Numbered from the stretch's first letter, positions 17,842 through 28,629 are shown. The stretch: DNA of 64,000 bases from an uncultured Gemmatimonadales bacterium (GCA_963708135.1 OY970192.1:704001-768000), one strand, 5' to 3'. Numbers and translations are program-made. The notes: generated by a model from the letters alone, not told the origin.

Positions 17842-20058
17842 ATGAAGAAGCTGCTCAGCACCGCGCTGACCGCGGCCGCGCTCGCGCTGCCGTGGCATAT
17901 CGCCGCCCAGGCTGTCACACCCGCCCCGACCCAGCAGGAGCTCGCGCGCTGGAAGGCCGAGGCCGCGGACGTCGCGATCACGCGCGACGACTGGGGCATC
18001 GCGCACGTGCACGGGAGGACGGACGCGGACGCGGTGTTCGGCATGGAGTACACGCAGGCGGAGGACGACTTCAACCGGGTGGAGATGAACTACCTCGTCT
18101 CGCTCGGCCGGCTGGCGGAGGCGGAGGGCGAGTCGGCGCTCTGGCAGGACCTGCGCGCCCGGCTCTACATGGATCCGGACACGCTCAGGGCGATGTACGC
18201 GCGCAGCCCCGTCGCCATGAAGAAGCTGATGGACGCCTTCGCGGATGGGCTCAACTACTTCCTCTACACGCACCCTGAGGTGCACCCGAAGGCGATCACG
18301 CGCTTCGAGCCGTGGATGGCGCTCTCCTTCACCGAGGGGAGCATCGGCGGCGACATCGAGCGGATGCCGCTCAGGGAGCTCGCGGCGTTCTACGGCGGCC
18401 CCGGCGACGCGACGAAGGCCGCATCGGAATCGTCGCCCGAGGGAGACGGACCGCCGCCCGAGCCGTCCGGCTCGAACGGCATTGCCATCGCGCCGAAGAA
18501 CACGCTGGACCGCCACGCGCTCCTCTACATCAACCCGCACACTTCCTTCTACTTCCGCTCCGAGCTGCAGATGTCGAGCGACGAGGGGCTCGACGCCTAC
18601 GGCGCCGTGACCTGGGGGCAGTTCTTCATCTATCAGGGCTTCAACCCGACGTGCGGCTGGATGCACACCTCGAGCGGCGTGGACAACATCGATGAGTTCC
18701 TGGAGACGCCCGTGAAGAAGGGCGGGCGGATGTACTACCAGTACGGGAACAAGCAGCTGCCGATGGCGACGCGCCAGATCACGATCGCGTACCGGACCCC
18801 GGGCGGCATGGCGCACCGCACCTTCACCGCCTACTACACGCAGCACGGGCCGATCTACGGCAAGCAGGGCGATCGCTGGCTCGCGTACTCCATGATGTTC
18901 GAGCCGGTGAACGCGCTCGTCCAGTCGTACACGCGGACCAAGGCGAAGGACATGGCCGCCTTCGAGAAGATCATGGAGCTGCACACCAACTCCTCGAACA
19001 ACACCGTCTTCGCCGATGCCGAGGGCGACATCGCCTACTTCCACTCGAACTACATCCCGCGCCGCGACACGTCCTTCGACTGGCTCGAGCCCGTGAACGG
19101 CGCGAACCCGAAGACGGCCTACCACGGCGTGCTGTCGTTCGACGAGACGCCGAACGTCGTGAACCCGGACGTCGGCTGGCTCTACAACTCGAACAACTGG
19201 CCGTGGTCCGCCGCCGGGCCGGACAGCCCGAAGCGCGCCGACTTCCCCAGGTACGTCGAGCGCGGCACCGAGGAGACCCCGCGCGGCCACCACGCGCTGC
19301 GCGTGCTCCCCGGCAAGCACGACTACTCCATGCTTTCCCTCACCGCCACCGCGTTCGACAGCTATCTGCCCGCCTTCGCGCACCTCGTTCCGCCGCTCCT
19401 CAAGGCCTACGACGGCGCGCCCGCCGGGGCGCTCAGGACGAAGCTCGCGAAGCAGATCCAGGTGCTCCGCGACTGGGACTTCCGCTGGGGCTACAACTCC
19501 GTGGCGACGTCGCTCGCCGTCTACTGGGGCACCGACCTCATCCGGCGCGTCATGCGCGAGTCCCGCGCGGCGGGCATGTCCTGGGAGGACTACGCCGCCG
19601 AGCGCGCCACGCCGGACGAGCTGCTCCAGTCGCTCGCCGACGCGTCCGACAAGCTCGCCGCCGATTTCGGCAACTGGCAGACGCCGTGGGGCGACGTGAA
19701 CCGCTTCCAGCGCTTCAACGACGACATCGAGCCGCATTTCGACGACTCGAAGCCGAGCATCCCCGTCCCCTTCACCTCCTCGCTCTGGGGCTCCCTCGCC
19801 TCCTTCGGCGCCCGCCAGTACCCGAACACGAAGAAGTGGTACGGCACCAGCGGCAACAGCTTCGTCGCCGTGGTCGAGTTCGGCGACAGCGTGCGCGCGC
19901 GGGCCGTCACCGCCGGCGGCGAGAGCGGGCACCCGTCCTCACCTCATTTCGATGATGAGGCCGAGCGCTACGCCACCGGGAACCTGCGGGTCGTGTATTT
20001 CTATCCCGAGCAGCTGAAGGGACATACGGAGAAGGTGTATCATCCGGGGGAGAAGTGA
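17842..20058 (+). CDS. Penicillin acylase family Ntn-hydrolase (acyl-HSL or glutaryl-7-ACA acylase-like)
   Basis: Signal peptide; ITRDDWGIAHVHG, YTQAED, beta-chain start GSNGIAIAP, INPH, GNSFVAVVEF. Confidence 0.93.
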   Translation: MKKLLSTALTAAALALPWHIAAQAVTPAPTQQELARWKAEAADVAITRDDWGIAHVHGRTDADAVFGMEYTQAEDDFNRVEMNYLVSLGRLAEAEGESALWQDLRARLYMDPDTLRAMYARSPVAMKKLMDAFADGLNYFLYTHPEVHPKAITRFEPWMALSFTEGSIGGDIERMPLRELAAFYGGPGDATKAASESSPEGDGPPPEPSGSNGIAIAPKNTLDRHALLYINPHTSFYFRSELQMSSDEGLDAYGAVTWGQFFIYQGFNPTCGWMHTSSGVDNIDEFLETPVKKGGRMYYQYGNKQLPMATRQITIAYRTPGGMAHRTFTAYYTQHGPIYGKQGDRWLAYSMMFEPVNALVQSYTRTKAKDMAAFEKIMELHTNSSNNTVFADAEGDIAYFHSNYIPRRDTSFDWLEPVNGANPKTAYHGVLSFDETPNVVNPDVGWLYNSNNWPWSAAGPDSPKRADFPRYVERGTEETPRGHHALRVLPGKHDYSMLSLTATAFDSYLPAFAHLVPPLLKAYDGAPAGALRTKLAKQIQVLRDWDFRWGYNSVATSLAVYWGTDLIRRVMRESRAAGMSWEDYAAERATPDELLQSLADASDKLAADFGNWQTPWGDVNRFQRFNDDIEPHFDDSKPSIPVPFTSSLWGSLASFGARQYPNTKKWYGTSGNSFVAVVEFGDSVRARAVTAGGESGHPSSPHFDDEAERYATGNLRVVYFYPEQLKGHTEKVYHPGEK

Positions 20059-20179
20059 CGGGCGGGATCCGGGATGCGGTAATCGGGATGCCGACGTGAG
20101 GCATCTTCCGGCTCCTCGCTGTTCCGAGTGGGTGAGGATTGGACCGGTGTGCGGGTGCGGGTGCGGCTCCGCCCCCCCT

Positions 20180-20568
20180 GTGCGTGTGCGCGCCACCTGG
20201 GCGCCTCCCGCGTTGCGGGCGCGGGCCCGCTGATGCTCTTCTCGAGCGTCGCCGGCGTATGGCGGCCCCTTTCCCCGGGCGCCTCGCTCCAGCTCCAGCT
20301 CGGCTTGGGCCCCGCGCTCATCGCCCACGCCGGCAGCGGGGAGTCCCTCATGGCGCGCCAGGTCGACGTCGGTGGCGTGGCCACGGCCGGGGCCCGGATC
20401 GCGCTGAGCCGCCGCCTGGGCCTCGGGGTGGACGTGTACGACTACCGCTTCACGTCGCGGTTCGACTCTTTCGCCTTCGATCCCGGCAACGGGACGTACC
20501 GCTACCCTGCGGCGTCCGTTCGCCGCTCGGAGTGGCTGATCCTGCCGGGGCTCCAGCTCCGCTTCTGA
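20180..20568 (+). pseudogene. C-terminal remnant of an outer-membrane beta-barrel protein
   Basis: Amphipathic strands ending LILPGLQLRF*; no signal peptide or convincing start; preceded by GTGCGG repeats. Left boundary approximate. Confidence 0.5.
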
Positions 20569-20666
20569 GGTTCCGCCCGCGAAGGCGGAGAAGACGGCCC
20601 CGGCCCGGTCGAGCCAGCGCTCGCCGGCCGGAGCCGCGTGCATTTTAGGAGCGCGGGCCGGGAGGG

Positions 20667-20853
20667 GCGGACTTTTCTGCACGTCCGCCACCCCTGCTGG
20701 CGCTCGCCACGCACTTTGGGCCGCTGTGCGGACCCAACTCCCCTCGCGTCGGCCGCCGCCATCGGCGCGAGCGGAGTTTGGTCCGCATGGCGGCTTTTTC
20801 TGCGCGAGCGACTCGCCGGCCCTCGTCGATCTGGAAGTTTGATCCGGCCCCGC
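20667..20853 (-). repeat. Palindromic dispersed repeat, copy A (solo, reverse orientation)
   Basis: Arms 20719-20748 and 20766-20795, 17-nt loop; the flanks match copies C and D as reverse complement. Confidence 0.85.
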
Positions 20854-20977
20854 CGGCAGGCGGATGTGCCGCGCTGGGGGCGGAAGTCCCGCGCGGCCAG
20901 GTAGTGGCGGCGGGGCAGGGCGCGCCGGGCGCGGCGGCGCCGAGAAGCGCCGAGGGCGCGGATCGGCCTCGTCGCCT

Positions 20978-21556
20978 TCAGGGACTCCGGCGGCGCGGCC
21001 CGGGCATCTCGGCCGGCGTGAGCCGCCGCACCGGCTCGGGCGGCGCACCGGGGAGGGCGCGCGGGGTGACGCAGATCGGGCAGGGGCCGAGGTTCGGCTG
21101 CTTGCCGAAGTAGACGTTCACCGGCCCGAGCACGACCAGCTTCTTCTCGACCGTGTCGTTCACCGCCACCGTCAGCGTGAGCCGGTTCCCGGCGACGACG
21201 CCCGCGAGCTGCGCGGGGAGCGCCGGCCCCACCGCGATCGGATAGGCCCGCAGCAGGTACTCCCCGGCCACGCTGAACCTGCCACTAGCATCGAGCGTGA
21301 CCGGCGCGGGGAAGTTGCCGTACGTGCACGCCACGTGGACGTGCGTGATCGTGTCGTTGGCGATGACGCCCGCGCTGTCGCTGCCCCAGGTGCCGGCGGC
21401 CAGCTGCGCGGGCGGGGTGGTGGGCGAGCCGCCGCCGCAGCCCGCCACGAGCGCGAGCGCGGCGGCGAGGATCGGCGCGGTGGCGCGGGCGGACGTGGCG
21501 TGCGCCGCGAGGGGGCACGGCCGGGCGGCCAGCGAGCGGGTGTTGACCGGTCTCAT
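20978..21556 (-). CDS. Hypothetical lipoprotein
   Basis: AGGAG RBS; lipobox LVAGC; GTWG motif and C-terminal GPCPIC. Confidence 0.7.
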   Translation of the reverse strand: MRPVNTRSLAARPCPLAAHATSARATAPILAAALALVAGCGGGSPTTPPAQLAAGTWGSDSAGVIANDTITHVHVACTYGNFPAPVTLDASGRFSVAGEYLLRAYPIAVGPALPAQLAGVVAGNRLTLTVAVNDTVEKKLVVLGPVNVYFGKQPNLGPCPICVTPRALPGAPPEPVRRLTPAEMPGPRRRSP

Positions 21557-22112
21557 GTGCGGCTCCTGCGGGAGCGATCTCTCCGTCCAATGCTGGCAAC
21601 GCCCCGGCCTCTCGCGGCGTGACGCCGCGGGGGCTGGTCCGGGCGGCGCTCAGGCGGGCGGCGCCCTTGCCTCTCCGCAACGACGGCCCATCTTGAGGGA
21701 CGCCGTGGCCGGCCGACCGCGGGGCGCGTCCGCGCTCCGCAGCCCGGCCCCGCGCTCCGGAGCGGCGCCGCCGATGCGGCGGCCCCGGGCCGGAGAGGGA
21801 GCGAGATGCCGGGAAGACTCAGCCGCCGGCGCCGATGTCGGGCCGGCGAGCCGCGTGCAGCACGGCGGACGCCGCCATCCGCGGGGGCCGATCCGGCTCC
21901 GGCGGCCGTGCGCGCGCCGGCGTGCCGGGCGGGCGCGCACCGCCAGGTCTCCCGCCGCTCCCCGCCTCTCCCCGATTCCATCCGTGTCCAGGTTTCCCTG
22001 CCGCCGGGGTGCATGGCGGCGCCACCCGGGCCGACCCATGTCGCCGCACGTCCGCGGCCCGTCGCGCCGGCCACCACGGCATCGTCTCGACAGTCAGGAG
22101 GAGATCAAGGGT

Positions 22113-23549
22113 ATGTCGAACCCAACGATCCCGGCAAGCGCGCCCGCGGGAGGCTGGATGCGGACGGCTGACGGGAAATCGAGCGCGACGGAGGACTACG
22201 TCGCTGACGTTCTGGGGGAGGTCCGCGCGAAGAACCCGGCGGAGCCGGAGTTTCATCAGGCGGTCCTGGAGGTGCTGGGCTCGATCGCGCTGGTGCTGGA
22301 GCGGCACCCGGAGTACCGCGCCGCGCGCATCATCGAGCGCATGGTGGAGCCGGAGCGGGTGCTGATGTTCCGCGTGCCCTGGATGGACGACACCGGCACG
22401 CCGCAGGTGAACCGCGGCTTCCGGATCCAGATGAACAGCGCGATCGGGCCGTACAAGGGCGGCTTCCGCTTCCACCCGTCCGTGAACCTCGGGATCCTCA
22501 AGTTCCTGGCGTTCGAGCAGGTGTTCAAGAACGCCCTGACCACGCTGCCGATGGGCGGCGCGAAGGGCGGCAGCGATTTCGATCCGAAGGGGAAGACGGA
22601 CGGCGAGGTGATGCGTTTCTGCCAGAGCTTCATGACCGAGCTGGCGCGTCACATCGGCCCCGACACGGACGTGCCCGCGGGCGACATCGGCGTGGGCGGC
22701 CGCGAGATCGGCTACCTGTTCGGGCAGTACAAGCGGCTCAGGAACGAGTTCACGGGCGTGCTGACCGGCAAGGGGCTGGGCTGGGGCGGCTCGCTCATCC
22801 GCCCCGAGGCGACGGGCTACGGCAGCGTCTACTTCGCCGCGGAGATGCTGGCCACGCGCGGGAAGACGCTCGGGGACAAGACCTGCCTCGTGTCCGGCAG
22901 CGGCAACGTGGCGCAGTACACGGTCGAGAAGCTGCTGGACCTGGGCGCGCGGCCGGTCACGCTCTCGGACTCGAACGGCTGGATCTACGACGAGGCGGGG
23001 ATCGACCGCGAGAAGCTGTCGTTCGTCATGGACCTGAAGAACCGCCGGCGCGGCCGCATCGCCGAGTACGCGGAGCGCTATCCGGGCGCGGTCTACACCC
23101 CGATCGACCCGGCCGCGGACCACAACCCGCTCTGGGACCACCCGGCCGAGTGCGCCTTCCCGAGCGCCACGCAGAACGAGATCAACGGCGTGGACGCGGC
23201 CAACCTGCTCGGGAACGGCGTCTACGTCGTCTCCGAGGGCGCGAACATGCCCTCCACGCTCGAGGCCGTGAAGCAGTACCTGGACGCGGGCATCCTCTAC
23301 GGCCCCGCCAAGGCGGCCAACGCCGGCGGCGTCGCGGTCTCGGGGCTCGAGATGTCGCAGAACTCCATGCGGCTGCGCTGGACCCGGGAGGAGGTCGACA
23401 CCCGGCTGCGCGGCATCATGAAGGACATCCATCGCGCCTGCATCGAGGCCGCCGACCGCTTCGGCGCGCCCGGCAACTACCTGCACGGCGCGAACATCGC
23501 CGGCTTCCTGAAGGTGGCCGACGCGATGATGGACCAGGGGCTCGTGTGA
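22113..23549 (+). CDS. gdhA: NADP-specific glutamate dehydrogenase
   Basis: GPYKGGFRFHPSVN, MGGAKGGSDF, DVPAGDIGVG, RPEATGYG, GSGNVA, KAANAGGV. Confidence 0.97.
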   Translation: MSNPTIPASAPAGGWMRTADGKSSATEDYVADVLGEVRAKNPAEPEFHQAVLEVLGSIALVLERHPEYRAARIIERMVEPERVLMFRVPWMDDTGTPQVNRGFRIQMNSAIGPYKGGFRFHPSVNLGILKFLAFEQVFKNALTTLPMGGAKGGSDFDPKGKTDGEVMRFCQSFMTELARHIGPDTDVPAGDIGVGGREIGYLFGQYKRLRNEFTGVLTGKGLGWGGSLIRPEATGYGSVYFAAEMLATRGKTLGDKTCLVSGSGNVAQYTVEKLLDLGARPVTLSDSNGWIYDEAGIDREKLSFVMDLKNRRRGRIAEYAERYPGAVYTPIDPAADHNPLWDHPAECAFPSATQNEINGVDAANLLGNGVYVVSEGANMPSTLEAVKQYLDAGILYGPAKAANAGGVAVSGLEMSQNSMRLRWTREEVDTRLRGIMKDIHRACIEAADRFGAPGNYLHGANIAGFLKVADAMMDQGLV

Positions 23550-26500
23550 GCGCCGGAACCCCGGCGTCCGGCGGCCCGGCTTCCGCGGCGCCGGAGCCGG
23601 GGTTCCACGACTTCATGCGCGCGCAGGTGCGCGACGTCCTCTTCGTCTCCAGCCTCTACGACTCCTTCATCCTCGCCGAGGACGAGCTCGGCGACGTGCT
23701 GCGCGCCAAGTTCGTCGACCTGAACCAGATCCAGGTCCCCACGCTGACGCAGGTGGCCACGGGCGACGAGGCGCTCGACCTGCTGCGCGGCGGCGCCCAC
23801 TTCGACCTCGTCGTCACGGCGCTCAGCGTGGGCGAGATGGACGCGCTCGAGCTGGCCCGCGCCGTCCGCTCCATCGCGCCGCGCCTGCCCGTCGTGCTGC
23901 TCGCCTACGACTACGGTGCCCTCAAGCAGACGCTCGCCCGCGGCGATGCGTCCGCCATCCACCGCAGCTTCCTGTGGCAGGGCGACGCGCGCATCCTGCT
24001 CGCCATCGTGAAGGGGATCGAGGACGAGCTGAACGTGGCCCGCGATGCCGCCGCCGGCGTGCCGATCGTGCTCGTCGTCGAGGACAGCATCCGCAACTAC
24101 TCCTCCTTCCTCCCCGTCATCTACGATGAGGTCACCCGCTACTCGCAGCAGGTCACCTCCGAGGGGCTGAACGCCGCGGAGCGGCTGCTGCGGCTGCGGG
24201 CGCGGCCCAAGATCCTGCTGGCCACGCGCTTCGAGGAGGCGTGGAGCTGGTTCGCCGCCTATCCGGATGACGTGCTGGGCGTGATCTCGGACATCGAGTT
24301 CCCGCGCGACGGCGTGCGCGACCCGACCGCCGGCATCGCCCTGGCCCGCCGGATCCGCGAGACCCGGCCCGACATCGCGCTGATCCTGCACTCGAGTCAC
24401 GCCGAGAACCAGAGGACTGCCGCCGAGATCGGCGCCGCGTTCCTGCCCAAGCGCTCGCCGCACCTGTTGCAGGGGCTCAGGGAGCAGCTCAAGGAGGCGT
24501 TCTCCTTCGGCGACTTCGTCTTCCGCACCCCCGACGGCCGCGAGATCGCCCGCGCGGCCGACCTGAACGCGCTGGTCCGGCTGATCGGCGACCCGGTTGC
24601 CGTGCCCGCCGAGTCGCTCGCCTACCACGGCGCCCGCAACGACTTCTCCCGCTGGCTGCGCGTGCGTGCCGAGTTCCGGCTGGCGCGCGGGCTGCGGCCG
24701 CGGCGCCCCTCCGAGTACGCCGACCTCGAGGCGCTCCGGCGCGACCTGGTCCGCTCGATCGAGGAGAGCCGGCGCGAGCGCGCCCATGCCACCATCGCAG
24801 ATTTCCAGCCGCGCACCTACCAGGAGCAGGGCGGCATCGCGCGCATCGGCGGCGGCTCGCTCGGCGGCAAGGCGCGCGGGCTCGCCTTCGGCGCCCGCCT
24901 GCTCGAGCGGGAGGGGCTCGCGGCCCGCTTCCCCGGCCTGCGCGTCGGCGTGCCGCGGGCGGTCGTCCTCGCCACGGAGGTGTTCGACGAGTTCCTCGAC
25001 TCGAACGGGCTCCGCGACGCCGCGCTCGACCTGGAAGACGACGCCGAGCGCGCCCGCCTCTTCCGCGCCGCCCCGCTGCCGGGCGCCGTCCGCGAGGATC
25101 TCGCGCGCTTCCTCGACCTGGCGCGCGCGCCGCTCGCCGTGCGCTCCTCGAGCCTGCTCGAGGACTCGCCCTACGAGCCGTTCGCCGGGATCTTCGAGAC
25201 GCGCATGCTCGCCAACGCCTCGCCCGACACGGCGCTCCGGCTGCACCGCCTGGAGGACGCCGTCCGCGAGGTCTACGCCTCCGCCTTCGCCCACGGCGCG
25301 CGCCACCTGCTCGAGGCCACGCCGTTCCGCATGGAGGAGGCACGCATGGCCGTCATCCTCCAGCCGATCGTCGGCGCCCGCCACGGCCGCCACTTCTATC
25401 CGAGCTTCTCCGGCGTCGCCCGCTCGCAGAACTTCTATCCGGCGCCGCCTGCCACCGCGGAGGACGGGATCGCCGCCGTCGCCCTCGGGCTGGGCAGGAC
25501 CGTGGTCGAGGGCGGCGCGTGCCTCCGCTTCTCGCCCGTCCACCCCCGCCGCCTGCCCGACCTGAGCCTCGTCGAGGACGCGCTCCGCACCACGCAGCGG
25601 GACTTCTGGGCCATCGACCTCGAGTCAGGCGACGAGGGCGACCCGCTCGTCCGTCTCCCGCTCGACGTCGCCGAGCACGACGGCACCCTGGCGCCGCTCG
25701 CCTCCACCTACTCGCACGACAACCAGGCGATCTACGACGGCGTCGCCCGCCGGGGCACCCGGCTCGTCACCTTCGCGCCGATCCTCAAGCACGGCCTCTT
25801 CCCGCTCGCCGCCCTGCTGCGCGAGCTGCTCCGGCTCGGCGTCCGCGCCACCAGCTCGCCCGTCGAGATCGAGTTCGCCGTCGAGCTCCAGCCGAAGGGC
25901 CACCCGCCCTCCTTCGCCCTGCTGCAGCTCCGGCCCCTGGCCGCGCTCCGCGAGCAGGAGGCCATCGGCAGCACCCGACTCGATGAGGGCCGCGTCCTCT
26001 GCCGCAGCGCCACCGTGCTCGGCAACGGCCGCCACGACGACATCCGCGACGCCCTCGTCGTCCCGCCCTCCGGCTTCAACCCGCTCTTCAACGGCCAGAC
26101 CGCCAGGAACATCGCCCGCCTCAACGCCCGCCTCGCCCGCGAAGGGCGTCCCTACCTCCTCGTCGGCGTTGGCCGCTGGGGATCCAGCCACCCACAGCTC
26201 GGGATCCCCGTCGACTGGGAGGACATCGCCGGCGCCCGCGCCATCATCGAGGCCGGACGCGCGGACCTCCACGTCGCGCCGTCGCAGGGCAGCCATTTCT
26301 TCCACAACCTGGCCTCCTCCGGCGCCGGCTACTTCGTCGTCAACCCCGACCACGGCGAGGGCACCCTCGACTGGGACTGGCTCGCGGCGCAGCCGGCCAG
26401 GGAGACACTCGGGACCGTGCGGCATCTCAGGTTCGAGGCTCCCCTCACGGTCATCATGGACGGGCGCAAGCGGGAAGGCGTCATCGCCAAGCCATCCTGA
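23546..26500 (+). CDS. Receiver-domain / PEP-pyruvate-binding (PPDK_N) protein coupled to gdhA
   Basis: GTGA overlap with gdhA. Receiver motifs VLVVEDS..GVISD..FLPK. GGKARGL, PLAVRSSSLLED..FAG, MAVILQ, FSGVARS and VEIEFA form the PPDK nucleotide-binding domain. Confidence 0.9.
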   Translation: MSAGTPASGGPASAAPEPGFHDFMRAQVRDVLFVSSLYDSFILAEDELGDVLRAKFVDLNQIQVPTLTQVATGDEALDLLRGGAHFDLVVTALSVGEMDALELARAVRSIAPRLPVVLLAYDYGALKQTLARGDASAIHRSFLWQGDARILLAIVKGIEDELNVARDAAAGVPIVLVVEDSIRNYSSFLPVIYDEVTRYSQQVTSEGLNAAERLLRLRARPKILLATRFEEAWSWFAAYPDDVLGVISDIEFPRDGVRDPTAGIALARRIRETRPDIALILHSSHAENQRTAAEIGAAFLPKRSPHLLQGLREQLKEAFSFGDFVFRTPDGREIARAADLNALVRLIGDPVAVPAESLAYHGARNDFSRWLRVRAEFRLARGLRPRRPSEYADLEALRRDLVRSIEESRRERAHATIADFQPRTYQEQGGIARIGGGSLGGKARGLAFGARLLEREGLAARFPGLRVGVPRAVVLATEVFDEFLDSNGLRDAALDLEDDAERARLFRAAPLPGAVREDLARFLDLARAPLAVRSSSLLEDSPYEPFAGIFETRMLANASPDTALRLHRLEDAVREVYASAFAHGARHLLEATPFRMEEARMAVILQPIVGARHGRHFYPSFSGVARSQNFYPAPPATAEDGIAAVALGLGRTVVEGGACLRFSPVHPRRLPDLSLVEDALRTTQRDFWAIDLESGDEGDPLVRLPLDVAEHDGTLAPLASTYSHDNQAIYDGVARRGTRLVTFAPILKHGLFPLAALLRELLRLGVRATSSPVEIEFAVELQPKGHPPSFALLQLRPLAALREQEAIGSTRLDEGRVLCRSATVLGNGRHDDIRDALVVPPSGFNPLFNGQTARNIARLNARLAREGRPYLLVGVGRWGSSHPQLGIPVDWEDIAGARAIIEAGRADLHVAPSQGSHFFHNLASSGAGYFVVNPDHGEGTLDWDWLAAQPARETLGTVRHLRFEAPLTVIMDGRKREGVIAKPS

Positions 26501-26743
26501 AGGGACGTGTAGGTGTAGGTGTAAGGGTCGGGTGTAGGGACAGGGGGCTGGGGCAGAAACGGAAGGCAGGGGCAGGTTCAGGGGGAGGGGGAGGGGCAGG
26601 GATTGACGGGCGGTATCACTCTCGACATGGGGGATGCCCTCGTGCTTCTACTCGCGCGAGGACGCCCGGCGCCCCGGGAGGGCGCGCTGCGGACGGTCGA
26701 TCGGGTGGAGCCGGAGGTGGTTGCGGGCGAGTGAGGAGGGCCT

Positions 26744-26776
26744 CTACTCGAAGATCAGCGGCTCGATCCGCGGAAC
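26744..26776 (-). repeat. Copy of the last 11 codons (VPRIEPLIFE*) of ORF 27989..28201
   Basis: 25-bp exact match (26746-26770 = 27991-28015); the other differences are synonymous (GTT/GTC, CCG/CCC, TAG/TGA). Confidence 0.9.
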
Positions 26777-27021
26777 GGCGCTCCCGCCCCTCGAGCGCAG
26801 GTCGCCCCGTCCGCGGGCGCGGGTCCAGCCCCTGGCGCCGCGGAACGTCGGTCTCGGGCCGAACGCCGGCCAGCGGCCGGGAGTTGGGCCCGCCGCCGAC
26901 TGGTGGGCCCGCGGCCGACCGGTGGCCCGCCGCCGACTGGTGGGTCCGCGGCCGACCGGTGAGTTCGCGGCCCGTCGTCGCTCCGTGGCGGGGTCCTCGC
27001 CAGGTTGGAACAGGGCGGCGG

Positions 27022-27205
27022 CCGGACATTTCTGCGCTCCCGTCGCCTTCCCGCGGACGCTCTCGCACTTATGGTCGCCATGCGGCCCAAAGTCCCCGTG
27101 GGTCCGCGCCGCCGCCGGCGCGACCGGACTTTGGTCCGGATAGCGGCCACTTCTGCAAGGGCGGCTCCGCACCCCGGGACGATCGGAGAGTTTGGTCCGC
27201 TCCCG
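27022..27205 (-). repeat. Palindromic dispersed repeat, copy B (solo, reverse orientation, degenerate)
   Basis: Arms about 27073-27102 and 27119-27148, 16-nt loop; flanks GGACATTTCTGC and GAGTTTGGTCCGC. Confidence 0.85.
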
Positions 27206-27209
27206 GGGC

Positions 27210-27700
27210 GCCCGCTCCACCGCGCGGCCGCCCCGCCGCGCGGCGCCCCCGCCGCGCGGGCGCCCCCGCCACGCGGCCGCTCCCAGCGCGCGGCTGCCCC
27301 GCCGCGCGGCCGCCCCCAGCGCGCGGCCGCCCCCACCGCGCGGGCGCCCCCGCCACGCGGCCGCTCCCAACCGCGCGGCCGCTCCGCCGCGCGGCCGCTC
27401 CCAACCGCGCGGCCGCCCCCGCCGCGCGGCCGCTCCCAACCGCGCGGCCGCCCCCGCCGCGCGGCCGCTCCCAGCGCGCGGCCGCCCCCACCGCGCGGCC
27501 GCCCCCGCCACGCGGCCGCTCCCAACCGCGCGGCCGCTCCGCCGCGCGTGCGCCCCCGCCGCGCGGGCGCCCCCGCCGCGCGGCCGCTCCCAGCGCGCGG
27601 CCGCCCCCGCCGCGCGGCCGCCCCTGCCCACCCCGCCGCTCCCAGCGCGCGGCCGCCCCCGCCGCGCGGCCGCGCCTGCCCCGCCCCGCCGCGCGCTCGT
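27210..27700 (+). repeat. Near-pure GC minisatellite built on CGCGCGGCCGC(C/T)CCC units
   Basis: Many tandem GCGGCCGC-containing units with small variants. Confidence 0.9.
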
Positions 27701-27988
27701 GCCGGACGGCCGGCTAGAGATCGGCCCGCCGCCCCCCCACCCCCGCCCCGGGGCGAGGGGCAGGGTGGTGGGGGGAGGGCAGACGGAGGGCAGGCGACGG
27801 GGAAGGGAGGACGAGGAGCGGTAAGGCGGACGGGGAGGGACGGGGAGCGGCAAGGCGGACGGGGAAGGAGGAACGGCAACGCGGATGGGGAGGGGCAGGC
27901 GGAACGCGGAGGGGCAGGGAGGCGGCCGGAGCCTGCGGTCCGCGCGCGCGAGATGACCGGGCCAGCGCTCCGCGGCGCCGGCCTTGCC

Positions 27989-28201
27989 TCACTCGAAGAT
28001 CAGCGGCTCGATCCGGGGGACCGGGACGCGCGGGGCGCCCAGCATGGGCGAGGCGTGCACGGGGCAGTACATCAGCGCGGCCGGCCGGATACTTCCCTCC
28101 GTGAGGCCCGCCCGCACCGACGGGTGCAGGCCCATCTCCTCGCAGCCGCACTCGAACCGCACCCCCTCCTCGTAACGCTGGATGAGCTCGTTCGCGTCCA
28201 T
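27989..28201 (-). CDS. Small protein with CGC and CPxH motifs (possible zinc binding)
   Basis: GGAGG RBS; FECGC...YCPVH; the tail is conserved synonymously in a second copy. Confidence 0.7.
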   Translation of the reverse strand: MDANELIQRYEEGVRFECGCEEMGLHPSVRAGLTEGSIRPAALMYCPVHASPMLGAPRVPVPRIEPLIFE

Positions 28202-28379
28202 GGCGACCTCCGGGGCTTGAGGAGGAGTGTGCGGGCCGGCCCTTCAATCTAATGCACGCGAGCGTCCGGCGCCCGTCGGCCGTGCCTGCTCAGCAGAACC
28301 CCGCCCACCGCAACGGATTTCCGCCGTGCGCACCCGAACGGGTACGGGCGCGGAACCGCACGCTTGCCGTCCGCCGCCG

Positions 28380-28540
28380 CTTGCCGCCGCGGGCACGCGC
28401 TTCCTGACCGCGTTCCTCTTCGGCCTGACGCCGGCGGACGCGGACTTTCGCGCTGGCCACCGCCGCCCTCGCCTGCGCCGCGGCGATGGCGGCGCTGCTC
28501 CCGGGCTGGCGCGCCGCGCGCATGCGGCCCACGGAAGGGT
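28380..28540 (+). pseudogene. C-terminal remnant of a MacB/ADOP-type ABC permease
   Basis: TRFLTAFLFGLTPAD, frameshift, then TFALATAALACAAAMAALLPGWRAARMRP, the typical permease tail. Confidence 0.65.
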
Positions 28541-28629
28541 GGCTCACGGCGATCTTGACTCGCTCCGCGTACGGGTGTCACCTTCACATTTCAGCCATAC
28601 GGTCGTTCCTCTCCCCCGGGTCTCCGTCG

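Noticed and set aside
21560..22110. Riboswitch or ncRNA in the long gdhA leader
   Set aside because: No recognisable conserved motif by eye; an Infernal/Rfam scan would be needed.
26744..27879. Arg/Gly/Ala/Pro-rich ORFs across the 27-kb repeat region
   Set aside because: They are translations of a minisatellite that is open in most frames.
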